NCBI RefSeq assembly: GCF_000981445.1
Contig: NC_027216.1
Span: 1 to 64,000, forward strand
DNA: 64,000 nucleotides
Source: Babesia bigemina
Taxonomy: Eukaryota
Direction: 5' to 3'
Below the pieces are notes generated by a model. It ran no database searches, was not told the DNA's origin, and was given only the letters and a program-made list of their open reading frames with translations. This document shows, piece by piece, positions 35,072-47,600 of this stretch; positions within the stretch are counted from its first letter, which is position 1, and every line of letters starts with the position of its first letter. Position numbers and translations under genes: made by a program.

Positions 35072-36273
35072 GTGGCTCAGATGTAGTAAATCGTTTTGTC
35101 AATGACAGAGTTTAATTGTCGTAGCTCGTGTTTGTCGCTCTGCTGGTTTGTCTCTTCAGTGACGGCATCGAATAGAATTGTCAAATAAGTATTGATCTCT
35201 GTAAACAATTCATAAAGTAAATATAGAGTTATCACAGATCTTATAACATATGTATGCGGCAATAACAGTGGTAATCAAGATTACGACTAATGATTTGCCA
35301 TCAGACGTCAGTTCCGTCTTTCGTACTGCCACAAATAGGAAGGTGTTGTACGTTCAGGTACAAGATTGCTTATAACATAGATGATTGGTGACTGCTTTAA
35401 TATACAACAACGTAGACTAAACAGCACACATTGCGGCAGTCCTGCAACAGGAGCCATATTGTTAAATAACAATGGTGTCCGTGGTTGACCGCACCAGATC
35501 TCGGGTAGTGAAGTACACGCCTACTGCTTTAGCTCACCATGAAGTGCGCAAAGTAGACTCTGTGCGATGTTATATAATGTTCCAATAAGTCACATTGGTA
35601 AATGCGAACCGCAACTGTATGGGTGTTACTGGACTCAGTAGCAGCCCAGAGATTGATGGGATGGGCAACAACAACTCGAAATCTTCATATTCGGATGTCA
35701 AACAGTAAAATAATGATTAACATCTTGGAAAATGGTCGAGATGCATATGTAGGTGAAAGACGTTCTGGAAACGTGAGCTGACTTATCTTGTCGTGGCTGA
35801 GATATTAGACCTTACATCACCTTAAGTCGTTTTGCGCTTAAATAGTGATTATATGGATGTTTTATCGTACGTGTGATTGCGTTTCAATAAATAGAGTTAG
35901 GTGGTTGGCTGAAGATAGGTGAGTGTCATAACAGCACTACTACGCAGGGGAGTGACGTGTAAGGTAACCAGAAATATAAAAATCGCCTCTGAAACAATGC
36001 TCACAATAGTGATAACCAGTATGATGCACTGCTGCATTCTTACGTACACAACATCCTAGACATTTCACCAACGAAGTGTGGGGCAGGGTAAGCAGCTTGC
36101 ATATAACCTCCATGGGTGTGATATATCGGTCATGCAAGAGGCAAGGATATCGTATCCCTGGCGGAAGCATGGATGTCGGTGGCCTAACTCTGAGGAAACG
36201 GGTTGGCGGTTACAGCGGTAAGGGCACGTGTTTCATGTTTGCAGGCTGAGGGGACTGGGAGGGGAAGGGGAAG

Positions 36274-36837
36274 ATGGGGAGAGTGTTATATTTTGGGAAG
36301 CCGTGCACGAGGTGTCATAATGAATGTAAACACTCTCAAGTGTGTCACTGCTGTCCATGGTGTTGTGAACAATGTAATAAAGGTTGGGAGAGTTGCGAAA
36401 TATGTTACGCGTATTCCGAACTGCGCAGAAAAGGTAGAAGCAAGGATCCTTACAAGTGCGAAGATTCAAAATGTGAAAAAAAATGTGCAGGCAAGGTGGA
36501 CAAATGTAAATGTACATGCTGTCAACGGAAATGTAAAGAGCAGGCTGAAATCTGCAAAGCCCCTGCGCTTCCCCCTCCACAGCCTTCCTCTGCTTCCTCC
36601 GATGATCAGTCTCAAGCCGCCAAACTAGAGCTTTCCCCCCGTGACAAAGATCAGACTCAAGATCACGATTCTCCACCACATTCCCCCCCTTCCCCCCAAG
36701 CCATCGCCGCCGTCATCGTTGCCATCATCGTCGCCATCATCCTGCTCGACCTGTGCATCTTCCGCTTTCCCGTAGGCCGCAACATCCGCGATTTCCTCGT
36801 ACGCAAGATACCCTTCTGCATCGCGTTCTACAGCTGA
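36274..36837 (+). CDS. Small Cys/Lys-rich protein with Pro linker and C-terminal TM (copy A)
   Basis: 20 Cys in the first ~95 aa; TM AIAAVIVAIIVAIILLDLCIF; paralog at 43401-43937. Confidence 0.8.
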   Translation: MGRVLYFGKPCTRCHNECKHSQVCHCCPWCCEQCNKGWESCEICYAYSELRRKGRSKDPYKCEDSKCEKKCAGKVDKCKCTCCQRKCKEQAEICKAPALPPPQPSSASSDDQSQAAKLELSPRDKDQTQDHDSPPHSPPSPQAIAAVIVAIIVAIILLDLCIFRFPVGRNIRDFLVRKIPFCIAFYS

Positions 36838-36949
36838 TCTCGACAATTTGTAAGCGCAAACATCGTAATCCAAATCCCACTGATCACCTAACTGGCAACT
36901 GACATCTAATGCTATAGACAGAGTAATGATTGCGTTGATGACCAATCAC

Positions 36950-37153
36950 ATGAGCAGTGAGGTGACTACTTCTCCCTCCCCCCTCCCTTACATCATCGTC
37001 CCCGTCGCCCTCATCATACTTGTCATTATTTTCATATTGCTTGATGGCTTGTGGCTTATGCGTCGTCAAAACCCAGAAGATTGTGCTTGCAATAAATGTT
37101 TCAGAACGGCTGCCAAACCTGCACCTCAAGCACCGCCTATCTCTCTACACTAG
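36950..37153 (+). CDS. Putative single-TM microprotein
   Basis: MSSEVTTSPSPLPYIIVPVALIILVIIFILLDGLWLMRRQNPEDCACNKC...; its TM resembles that of the upstream gene. Confidence 0.4.
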   Translation: MSSEVTTSPSPLPYIIVPVALIILVIIFILLDGLWLMRRQNPEDCACNKCFRTAAKPAPQAPPISLH

Positions 37154-38196
37154 TATAGCCTCACCTAACCAGCAAGCCTTTAGTTCATGCAAATCTGCTG
37201 ATATGGCATCGTGTTAGTCAATTCGTTAGGGTTGGTGACCTAATCGCAAAAGAAAGGTGGAACTGATCTAGTGGTAGTTCAGTCCGTCACCTGATTAGAG
37301 ATGCACCATGTGACGCGATGGGCCATCTTGAGTTGGCAAGTGGCATGTGACTACGATGGTGCTGTATAGCGGCGTGCTCAGTGGAAGCATTGTGCCGATC
37401 AGAAACATCAAACACGCAATTTAGGTCAGCTGGTGACATATCACAATACCCAGGGTAGAACAAAGCAGATGTACCGTAGACATGGCGCCTTGCGTGGATA
37501 GTGCATTGTTAGTTGCAGCGTAGTTACATCACAATCGAAATGTATTATGAATGCATGTGGGAGGGTACGTCCATGATATGTCAGCGTTGTGAGGTCTAGA
37601 ATTACGGTTGCCCCAGCAAAAGGTGGATGGGATGCCAGGTGTGCTGGTATACTCATTACATCTTGTCGGTTGGCCGAAGGTGTTCGAGGTTGGAGGTACG
37701 TATTTCGTTGCTGTGCAGGGGGGGGGTTGTAGAGTAGTTTTTAAACAAGATGGGGGATGAACTTGAACCGGGATAAGCTGCAGGCATCGCTGTATCTGGC
37801 GCTATTCTAATAATCGCTCTACCTGTATTGGTCATTTACATCATGGATCAAGTGTATAACGTAAGCCTTGGAGAATTTTTCGCAAGAATACGTGATGGAT
37901 TCCGTGATTCCAAGCCTAAACTACAATAATATCTCATAGTCTCACCCAGCTCACATAGCCGAAGTGTAGCCATGTCGCATCCGATCTCAATTTTATGATG
38001 CTAATTAATGCATAACACGGTTTTGCTGAATTTCACTACCTGTAGCACGTCAGGTAATCATTCGCCGTATGATGCATCTAGCGCTGCTTCATACATTAGT
38101 CGGACACCACGATAATGCACATCACACCCTAGGATACATGATCACAAAGGTAACACGATGTCCGACAGGGTAACGAAATCCCATATATGGCTAAAA

Positions 38197-41100
38197 TCAC
38201 AATACTGTGTTTACTAGAGCGCCATGCTCCTCACCGCCGCAGCTGGGAGAGAGGATGGTGGAAATGACACTCCCCAGTTGCGAGGTCTTTGGCAAATCAT
38301 TCTTCTTAAATCCCATCCTGATTCTGCTCTTGTGGCACAGGTTGCACGGGTCGAAGAGGTGAGTCTCGAAGGTGGAGTCCCAGCCGTCAGTCAGGAACGC
38401 CTGGAGGGGGGAATTGGAAGCAGTGATGTCACTGCCGTACTCATCATTTTTCCAACCACCACTTAGTTTATCCCGATTACACTGCGCCTTGAGGAACTGC
38501 AACTGGTGGTGGCAGGCGTAGACGTAGTCACGCAGCTGGCAGAGGAGGGCGCAGCAATCAGGTACCTCGGATTGGGTGGAAGAGTTAGGCTTCACGATTC
38601 TTGATGACACGTTTGCCTTCCAGTTAGGCGCAATGGAGGTGAGCACGGAACCTGCAAACATGGCGGTAAGCTGGAGTATGTCGAAGACATCTCCGGGTCT
38701 GATTTTGGCGTGGTTAATGAATATTGCAAGCTGTGAAGGGTCCTTATGATGGCCGCTAAATGCTTTGTTAATACATTGTTTCAGGGTATCGTGATGCTTT
38801 GGGTTCCGAAGCCCTGCGAGCCAAGTGAGCATATCCCGGACGGTGCGCGGTGCCTCGGCAGGGAACAGCTCCGTCTCGGGAATGTCGCTAGATCCATGCG
38901 TGGGTGTTGGAGTAGCCCAGGAAGAGAGGCACAATGTAATGTCCGGTTGTTTGATAGTCTTTTTATCGAAGTCTTCGGGTGGCGGCAGAGACTGTATCGG
39001 GTCTGGAGGTGGAAGAGTGAATGAGATTGCATGAGTGGAAGGAACGATAGGGTTGGGCAGAGTGTTATCCTTAATATGCGTTGAGTCATCGTCAAAATCC
39101 AAGTCAAAGTCGAGGTCTTTGTCTGGCAATGTGAGTTTGGGGATGTCGATATGGAGGTCTAATGGGTCTGGGTCAGGTACTTTTTCCAATCTAGGGGTGG
39201 CAGCCTTGAAAACGAAATCGATGGGCGGAGGGAGCGCGGGAGGTAAAGTGGCAGGTTCCACGAATGAACCGTCCGAAACTATTGCATTGTTGTCCGTTGG
39301 CTTACCTGTTAGTGGAGGTGGCGGCGTGTAGTGTGATGTAATCGGAACATCATGTTTTACCTTTTGATCCGGAGAACGCGTTAGGTCGTATCCAATGGAA
39401 TCCACTAAAATAGAAGGAGGCATCCCATCCAATTGCATCGAAATCGGAGATACATGTGATTTCTTTCGAAGCGGTGGGAGACGTGCCTTCATCTGACCAC
39501 TTTGCGATAATACGATTCCTTGAGGTCCAGCAGGCCTAAACTTCTGCGACTCTTTGCTTCTATTATCGTAGAATTGTGGATAATCAGTTTTCTTATGCTT
39601 TAAAGGGTAACCTATCGGCGTCCCAATTTTCGTAAGGTCTGGTGGGGAATACTTGATAACGTCGCCCTCCGGTACATTCTTCTCAACTTGCTTAAGCAGT
39701 GTATCATACTGAGTTTGCTTTATTCTTTCACTCAGAGTCTTAGCGTCGCTTTCCTGCTGCTGATGAATTTTCTGCAGTCGTCCTTTCCATTCTTCGTCTG
39801 CTTCCTGTTGTTGACGTGCAGCGTCAGGGAGAGACTGCGAATCATCGTGCAACGTCGTCCCATCCAGTAAGCTGTAGTGATTAACGGGGTTTGGAACTGC
39901 AAAACCATAAAGCGACGATGCGTTTTTACGAAGTGCTTGATTCTCAATGTCCATCTCCAGCTTACTGTCCAAGTCATCTCCCGATTCTGTACCTCCCTGA
40001 AATAGCCACATATTTTGTCGTTCTACGAGCAGATCTGCTGGTTCCGTATCTATCACCGGAGGTGGTATATATGTTTTTACATTAGTCTCTCGCGATATTG
40101 CGTAGCCATCAACCGTGGGTTGCGGTGGTATGTCGATGAGTTCCTCATGTACATCTTCAAGCAGGTCCTGCTCGAAAAATTCTCTACCAATGATTTGATC
40201 CGCAGCATACTTTGCTTCGACCTGCTTTTTTATCTTGTCTGTCTCATTCATAATCTTATCCAGTTCATCACTTTCACGTTGCTTTTGTTGTTCATGAAAT
40301 TTTACCCAGAAGTGATTGGCATCGTCGACTTTTTGCTTCTCTTGTTCGTTCGTGTGCGATGGGTGTTGCAGTTTGTTACCGTCAATGCGTGTTAATGTAC
40401 CGTCATAAAATGGATGAGAGGCAGAATCTTTTATAACAGTAGTTTTAAGTCCATTAAATAGTCCTCCATGCTGAGAACGATTTATCACTTCTGTTAGCTT
40501 CTGAAAATAGTCTTCCTGCACCTCGTATGCCTTCTGCTGCTCAAATTTCCATTCATCGTCTGCCTCCTGTTGTTGTAGTATTGGGTCGGGGAGAGACTGA
40601 GTGTCATCCTGCGACACTAAGCCATCCAGGCCATCGAAGACTGTAACAGGGTTTGGAATGGTTACACCACCAAGAACAGGTAAACTCCGCTCTAACATCT
40701 TAAGTTCCGACTGTAGATAGTCATCTTCTTTCGAACGTTCCGCTACACGATTCTCTTTGCGTTTTTCCAAGTTATCCAGGAATGATTCAGCTTCTTTTAG
40801 TCTCTGCTGATTTTGCTTCGTGAATTTTTGTATGGCAGTGTCCACATCGAAGGGAAAATTAATCCTATTATTTCCCCCACCCCCTCTACTGGCTCCACCT
40901 CCACCTGAAGCCGAAGCTGCAGCAGAGGATGTCGTGGCATCATCCCTTGCACCTGACTGAGCTACTTGACCACCTTGTGGAACAGATCCCGAAGAAACCG
41001 CCTGACCATCCCGGACCTGTCCACTACTGGGAACAGGGTCACCAGGTGGCTCATAGCCTGCACGTGAATCACTTGGAGGCTGAGTTTGTACTGCCTGTAA

Positions 41101-42699
41101 AACCGGTGAACTAGAAGTATTTGCTACACTGTGATTACTTCCTTGATTTGGAGTTCCCTCCGCTTTCTTGCCCTGGTTCTGCGCTCCCTCCGCCTTCTTG
41201 CCCTGGTTCTGTGCTCCCTCCACTTTCTCACTCGGACTATCAACACCCTGAGCTCTAGTGGCAGCCGACTTCGGTGGCCCATCTGCCGGAGCTGATTTCA
41301 TCTCGGGCACAACTTCCTTGGGATCGTCGGGGACCTTGCCAGGCGGAGGCTCCTCCTTTTTGGAGACAGGAACCATCTCACCATTTAGCAATTCCATATC
41401 CTCTGGCTCTTCCTTAGCCTCTTCATCTTCTTCATCTTTCATCCTTTGTTTACACTTCTCACCATTCAAAATTTGCAGAAGTTCATCCAAACCGCTGCCA
41501 GGTGTCTTAAGCATCCCTATTACCCCATCCCAATCCGTTTTTAAAACATTATACGGAGGGTCGCGCGTTTTATATTCGTGATGATAAAATGTAAATCCGT
41601 AGCGGATAAAGTTCTCAGTGAAGTATTTCTCGAGCTCTGCTTTAATATGCGTAGACGGAGCAGTACCCTTCCGAACGGATACACTTTTGAAGTTTTTTTT
41701 GCTAGTAAAACCTTCAATTTCCTTAATATGCCTCATCACCGTTTCCAGATTTCTTTTAAACCAACTCGCCATTTTCTTAGCAATATCCTGCTTTTTAAGC
41801 TTCTTGTATTCCCGCGCATAACCGGTGAAGGAAAAGGCGTCCTGGTTGAACAATTTGTTGAGAGGTCCTATAAGATTTTTGCAATGTTTTTGCAATTGTG
41901 GCAAATCGAAGCACCTATCTTTCGTGTACAAATGATTTTCGAAATCGCTCTCATTTACTTCGTCAAATATCTTACAAAAATCTTGCACCAGTCGAAGGGC
42001 ATTTGCGACGTTGGACGTATCGGCACCAGAGTTTGACAACACAGTTGTGGAAAACACATCAAGGAAATAATTCTGCCTGTTCTGATTGGAGTACTTCTCC
42101 AATATATTTTGCAGGTCACCTAGCATAGCAGAACCCGGGTTATAGCCCTCGCTACGGCTGACACGATAACCTTCTTTTAACTCACCTGGCTCAAACCCAC
42201 CAGGTACAATGCCACCGTACTCATCACCGGACTTCGTAATGAGATATTTATCGATATCACCAGCAGTGCGTATCATACGTTCGGCTACATCTTTATGAAA
42301 TCTAGCGTACATTGCAATCACTCCAACATCCTTATATGCCCAATCCCCTCCGCCAAGTGCCTTGAAATTCACATCCACCTTGTACCGCAAGAAATAAATC
42401 GCTGAGAGAAATCTGGGAATGCAGTCGAGTAGTGCGTTTGTAACATTTTTAGCGCTTTTATTGCCAGTGTATGAACCACTAGGTTTTGTGCATAACTTCT
42501 TATGAAACGTAGATGCGGAATTAAGGAATTGGGACAGTTCTTTAGCAATTAGCGATGCATTAACATTTTCATATCTTTTCTCAAGCAGCTTATCCAGTCT
42601 ATGGCCGACAAGGCCCTGCATATTACTATCATTTTCTAACCACTGAAGGAACTGGAGACAGTCCTTAAGAGTCTTTAGCGGAACTCCATGTGACGCCAT
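38197..42699 (-). pseudogene. 3'-truncated ves-like variant antigen gene (lacks ~300 aa including TM and tail)
   Basis: Starts MASHGVPLKTLKDCLQFLQWL; paralog of 54976-59931. Homology ends abruptly after ILSPSCGG at 38234, followed by 11 unrelated codons and a stop. Confidence 0.75.
41140..41222 (-). repeat. 30-bp coding tandem repeat (EGAQNQGKKA x~2.7)
   Basis: CTCCCTCCGC(C/T)TTCTTGCCCTGGTTCTG repeated within the ves-like ORF. Confidence 0.85.
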
Positions 42700-43092
42700 C
42701 TTTTCCGCTTCCAATCACCCACTGAACCACTGCTACAAATCACCTTGGCCAGCCTCCAGGACTATGTGAACTGGGAAACACTAGAGTGATCACACCTCTA
42801 AGGTGACACCGCTTAATACAGCATGGCAGACAACTAAGTGTGCTCGGTGAAAGGGCTATGAAGTGAGACGTAGAGTGACAACGGTACGCATCATACTGTG
42901 ACAATAACACACCTAAACCATATTACAAAATCCATTAACCACCACACGAATCTTATAGATACACCACTCACCTGAGGAGGGAAGGCGACAGGCCAAGGCA
43001 GCCATCCTGGAGCGAGAGGGTAGAGAGTGGTAGCAAGGTGGTGTTAACAGTGACGATTGTGGGTGTAAATGGAGCAGTAAAGACAGACATTT

Positions 43093-43278
43093 GGTTAAAC
43101 CTTAGGTGAGGCAATATGTCAGCCTTTAGGTCACTCACTAGGTCAGGGTTTTGGTCAGTCACTAGGTGAGGGTTTAGGTCATTGTTTAGTTCACTCACTA
43201 GGTCGACGCTTAGGCCACTCACCAGGTCTGCGGCTAGGTCACTCACCAGGTCAGGCTTTAGGTCAGCGGCTAGGTCAC
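43093..43278. repeat. Degenerate 12-bp minisatellite, consensus ~GGTCACTCACTA / GGTCAGGGTTTA, ~15 units
   Basis: Strict 12-bp phasing read directly, with units starting at 43129, 43141, 43153 and so on. Confidence 0.85.
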
Positions 43279-43400
43279 CTCACTGCTCACGTGATTGCTC
43301 ATCAACGCAATCGTAACTGTCTACAACATTAGATGTCAGTTGCCAGCTAGGTGATCAGTGGGATTTGGATTACGATGTTTGCGCCAATAAATTGCTAAGC

Positions 43401-43937
43401 TCAGCTGTAGAACGCGATGCAGAAGGGTATCTTGCGGACGAGGAAATCGCGGATGTTGCGGCCCACGGGAAAGCGGAAGATGCAAAGGTCCAGCAGAATG
43501 ATGGCGACGATGATGGCAACGATGACGGCGGCGATGACTTGGGGGGAAGGGGAAAAAGGTGTGGAGTCTCCTGCATCAGAGATGTCAACGGGATTTGGTT
43601 CAGTGGAGAGAGCGGACGTCTGCGGTTGGCCGATGATCACAGACTCAACGCCGGAGGAAGGACCGGGAGGCGGGGGAGGGGGAGGAGGAGGGTGAGCTAA
43701 TCCACGTCGCTGTTTGTCTTTACAACATGTACATTGACATGCGTACTCTTTGCCTTTACACCGTTTCCCACATATAGAATCGCTGCACTTGTAAGTCCAC
43801 GGGCTTGCTTTGTGTCTCAAGATATAGCCAAAACATCCATCACAACCGTCGTCACTTTTACACTTATCGCAGCACCACGTACAGCAATTACACCAAAAGC
43901 CCATTCGACATCCAGTACCACAGATACACGTCCACAT
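43401..43937 (-). CDS. Small Cys/Lys-rich protein with Pro linker and C-terminal TM (copy B)
   Basis: 18 N-terminal Cys with the same spacing as copy A. C-terminal ~48 aa are identical to copy A except one residue. Confidence 0.8.
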   Translation of the reverse strand: MWTCICGTGCRMGFWCNCCTWCCDKCKSDDGCDGCFGYILRHKASPWTYKCSDSICGKRCKGKEYACQCTCCKDKQRRGLAHPPPPPPPPPGPSSGVESVIIGQPQTSALSTEPNPVDISDAGDSTPFSPSPQVIAAVIVAIIVAIILLDLCIFRFPVGRNIRDFLVRKIPFCIAFYS

Positions 43938-44694
43938 CTTCCCCTGCCGCTCCCAGTCCCCTCAACCTGCAAAACCATGAACCACGTACCTTAGCCCCGA
44001 ACACTGACCGCCTCCCATCGGCGTTACGGTAGCAGCCAGCTAACCGCCGTCACAAGAACAGCCAGTCAAAACACAACTATGTAGCTATCACAACTAAAGC
44101 AGTGCCCAGTCAAGGCATGTGAACGGCATCCTGGCCATGGCATGCAGGACAATCGGTGTCAGTTGCGTAGTGCACTACATCATAGACCGTACAACTGTGT
44201 CATTGCCCACGACTGTTGTTACATGTGTTTCGATGAGTCACTAAGTTATTCACATCGCTTGGTCAATCCTTTTATGGTTTACCCTGTTGCCATCACTGCC
44301 ACCTAACCACGCCGTCTATTGGCCATCACGTGGGAGAGCTCCAGTGAAGCTCGCCACTTAGCTACCTATCAGGTTACTAACATGTCATTCACTAATCTAA
44401 TAGGTCGCCTACTATATCACAGAGTACGGCAGTTGTCAAATGCCACGTTAGTGGCTAATAACCCCAGCTTCACATTACAGACACAATGTGTCTATGTAAT
44501 GACGTGTAACAAGTGACGCACAACTAAACATCGCAAACGAAATCATCTCTTAAGTGGGCTACACGAGTCTGGTTATGCCGCGAAGTAGTCACGCTTTTTT
44601 CACAACATGGTGCAATAGACACTGCGACAACACAACTCATCACTACTACAACACAAAATATCAATCGGAAATGGCTTCACTAATGAGGTAATAA

Positions 44695-47600
44695 TCATTG
44701 AATAACAAGTTGACCGATAGGGTCGTCGTAGAAGTAACTGGCGTCGTAGAGTGATAGCATTTTCCTGCTCGAAATGAGCAGCGCCTTGGCGTCGAGGTGA
44801 GAGGCCTTAGTGGTCAATAGATGGGAGAGGATGCGTAAGATCTCCATGCGGTAGAGGAAAGTGTGGAGTATGTACAGCGCCACTAGGGACCACAGTGCGA
44901 TAAGGAAGTAGAGGAACGGCATCCGGATGTGCCACATAAGTTGATCGATTTGCCGGAACAATTCGGTGAAGTGGTCGGAGTGCAGCGCTTTTTTGCCTTG
45001 TATGTTGAGGTCACCGCAGCGCATGACACGGTTGCCATTGACCAGGAGATTTGCGTTACGATACGTGAATCCGTAACGGTAGAGTGTGGGCAGAGGTCCG
45101 GCGCACTGGACGATGGACGGGCAGTGGCAGGTGCCCTTTCCACCGTGGGTGCCAGGTTGGCATGGGCATGTGGCGCACCCGGACGCCGTGCAGTCGATGT
45201 TGTCCAGTGCGTGCAGTAGTTCACATAGCAACTCCCAGAACTGCCATGCCAGGTACATTATCCACGTGATGTATAGCCCGGCGTGCTTCTGCGGGTAGGT
45301 GTGGTGGGCATGGAGTCCTAGGGGTTGGAGGTAGGGAGCGCAGCCACTTGACGATGAGCAAGTGGTGTCGTTGAAGAGGCTCGACAGCGTATCGTGGCTT
45401 TTGTGGTCATGCCCGGCGAGTGATGAGATGGCAGTTGTAAGATTCTCATTCTGGTAGCTGCCGTGGAGCTCTGTCCACAGTGGGAATAGGCTGTCAATGC
45501 CGTCGGTGTTGAGGTGAGAGATGAAGTCGGAGGCGTCACTGTATGTGCCACCACGGTGCCTAACACGGTCATGAGGGTCCCACTTCCGTAACAGCTGAGC
45601 ATACAATGCAAACACGGCGGCGAGTGATGAGGGTGCAGCGGGGCACAGCAAGAACAGCGATCGGTAAAGCACGAACAGGCATGAGTCGGCGTCACGGCAC
45701 ATATCTCCGAGGCGCTTGGTGAGATCCCAGCCGGTGCCAGTTATTGAAGCAGCAAAGCCCAGGTCCCAGAAGCCGAGCGGAGTGAGGCACTGCTGACCTG
45801 GTTGGTTGGCGGCGCAGTTGGCACACTCGATGGTCCCGTCAGCGGTGGTGAGGGTATGCGGCAGGAGTCCGTGGCAGCTGTCGGAGAGGAACGACTGCAG
45901 CGGCGAGGTAGGCGGGCAGCCGTGAATGGTGGTGGTGGAGGAAGTGGTAGTTGTAGTAGTTGCAGCAGTAGTAGTACTGATACTAAAGTAAGTAGTGAAT
46001 TGTTTACACTTCCAGTTGTGTGACTGCACTTGCCGGCCGTACGCGCACTCCCGCCACCCCCTGACCCGGGCGGTGCTGCGGCAGCACTGGGAGTACAGGA
46101 AGTAGAGCACTTTACACAGGCGGCATACTATCTCACGTACTATATCAAGCAGTTCGACAGGGTCAGAGGGGTAGTGGAGCCTGGCGCGGTTGTTGGAGAA
46201 GTCCACTGAATACGGGTAGGCGGCGAGGTCGAAGCCGTGGACGTTGCCCTGAATGGCGGTGAGCAGGGCAGTGGAATATGAGCACGTTGATGCGATGGTA
46301 TATGGTAGCTCATCAATGCACTTGGCCATGACAGGATCCTCTCTGTTGGGAGTGTCGCCATCGTGGCATCGGCGGTTGAGCAGAGCCTTGCAGTGCTCAG
46401 GCAGCTTGTCCACCACCGCTGTGTACTGCAGCCCGGAGAGCCACGACAGCATGTCCCTGACAGTACACGGATATCGTGGCTCAGGAGGAACAGTGATGTG
46501 GCAGGCTTGGAAGTAGTGGCATAACACGTTGTAGAGCAGCGATATGATGGTGACAATACTAATTCCATTTTTGATTGGGTCACCGTCAATCATCATCTCG
46601 ATGGACACACCCTCAATACGGGTGGTAAGTAACTCGTAAATCGCACCGCCAGTGAACATGTTGTTCAACTCGCCGTCCTGCCCACTATCGCCACTAGAAA
46701 CCCTGTACCCGCACCTGGTGAGGTAGTAGCCAAGTGGGTTATCCCTGTAATCAGCAGTCAACTTACTAATGTGAAGATATTTCCACTCACCTTCACATTT
46801 CATCATCAACTTGTTAAGCGCATTGTGCGTCATGGGTATCAGGCTGAGTAACACCTTGGCGTACTTGTGTGCGCGCTCCTCCCTGCACCGCTGACCGGAG
46901 TAGGCGGAGATGTAACAATTACCAAACTCACCGGCGAATTTAGTGAGACCGCGAGCGACAGTGTCCAGCAGCGGAGTGCACGGGTGCTTGAAGTCGGAGG
47001 GTACGAAATCACCCAGCGCCTTGGTCAGCCTCTCAACCAGCTCGGTGAGTTTGTCGGCACCGTCATCATTGTCTCTAAGGTAGGCGAGCAGCGCAGTCAA
47101 CGCGTCATAAACATCTTTGAGCTTAGGCGTGTAGGGATCTTCGGTTGGTGGCAATGAGGGATTCTTCTCTTTGTTCTGCTCGTCGTGGAGCCTGGTAATC
47201 CTGCTACATACTTCTCTATTTGCTCGAACACTTCTCGAAATGCGGATGATAACTCTGCAACGCTCTGTTCGTGACCTGTTAGATCGGAGCTCAGCGGTCC
47301 TTGCAAGTACTTCATGAACCCTTTATAACCCACGTACATATCCTTGTTTATCTCATTAGGCAGCTGCTCCAAATCCTCGTTTACCTTCTTGGCAAACAAT
47401 GCCAGCGCCTCCCTCACCGAGTCCACGTACAGCCCACGGGCTTCCTTGGTGAGGTCCTTGATGGCATCCTCCACCTCATCGTCGACGTGCTTCCAAAGGG
47501 CTTGAACGGTGTTCCTCTCTATCTCGTCGGCATCGTTGAGGAAGTTGTCGCACAACCTGATGGCATCGGCAAGGTCGGTGAGTCGGAGGTTGTCGAGACC

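Noticed and set aside
42968..43246. 92-aa DLxx-repeat ORF as a gene
   Set aside because: No ATG start; the open frame is a by-product of the 12-bp repeat.
36274..43937. Inverted repeats as transposon termini
   Set aside because: The repeats are paralogous genes plus UTR; there is no transposase and no target-site duplication.
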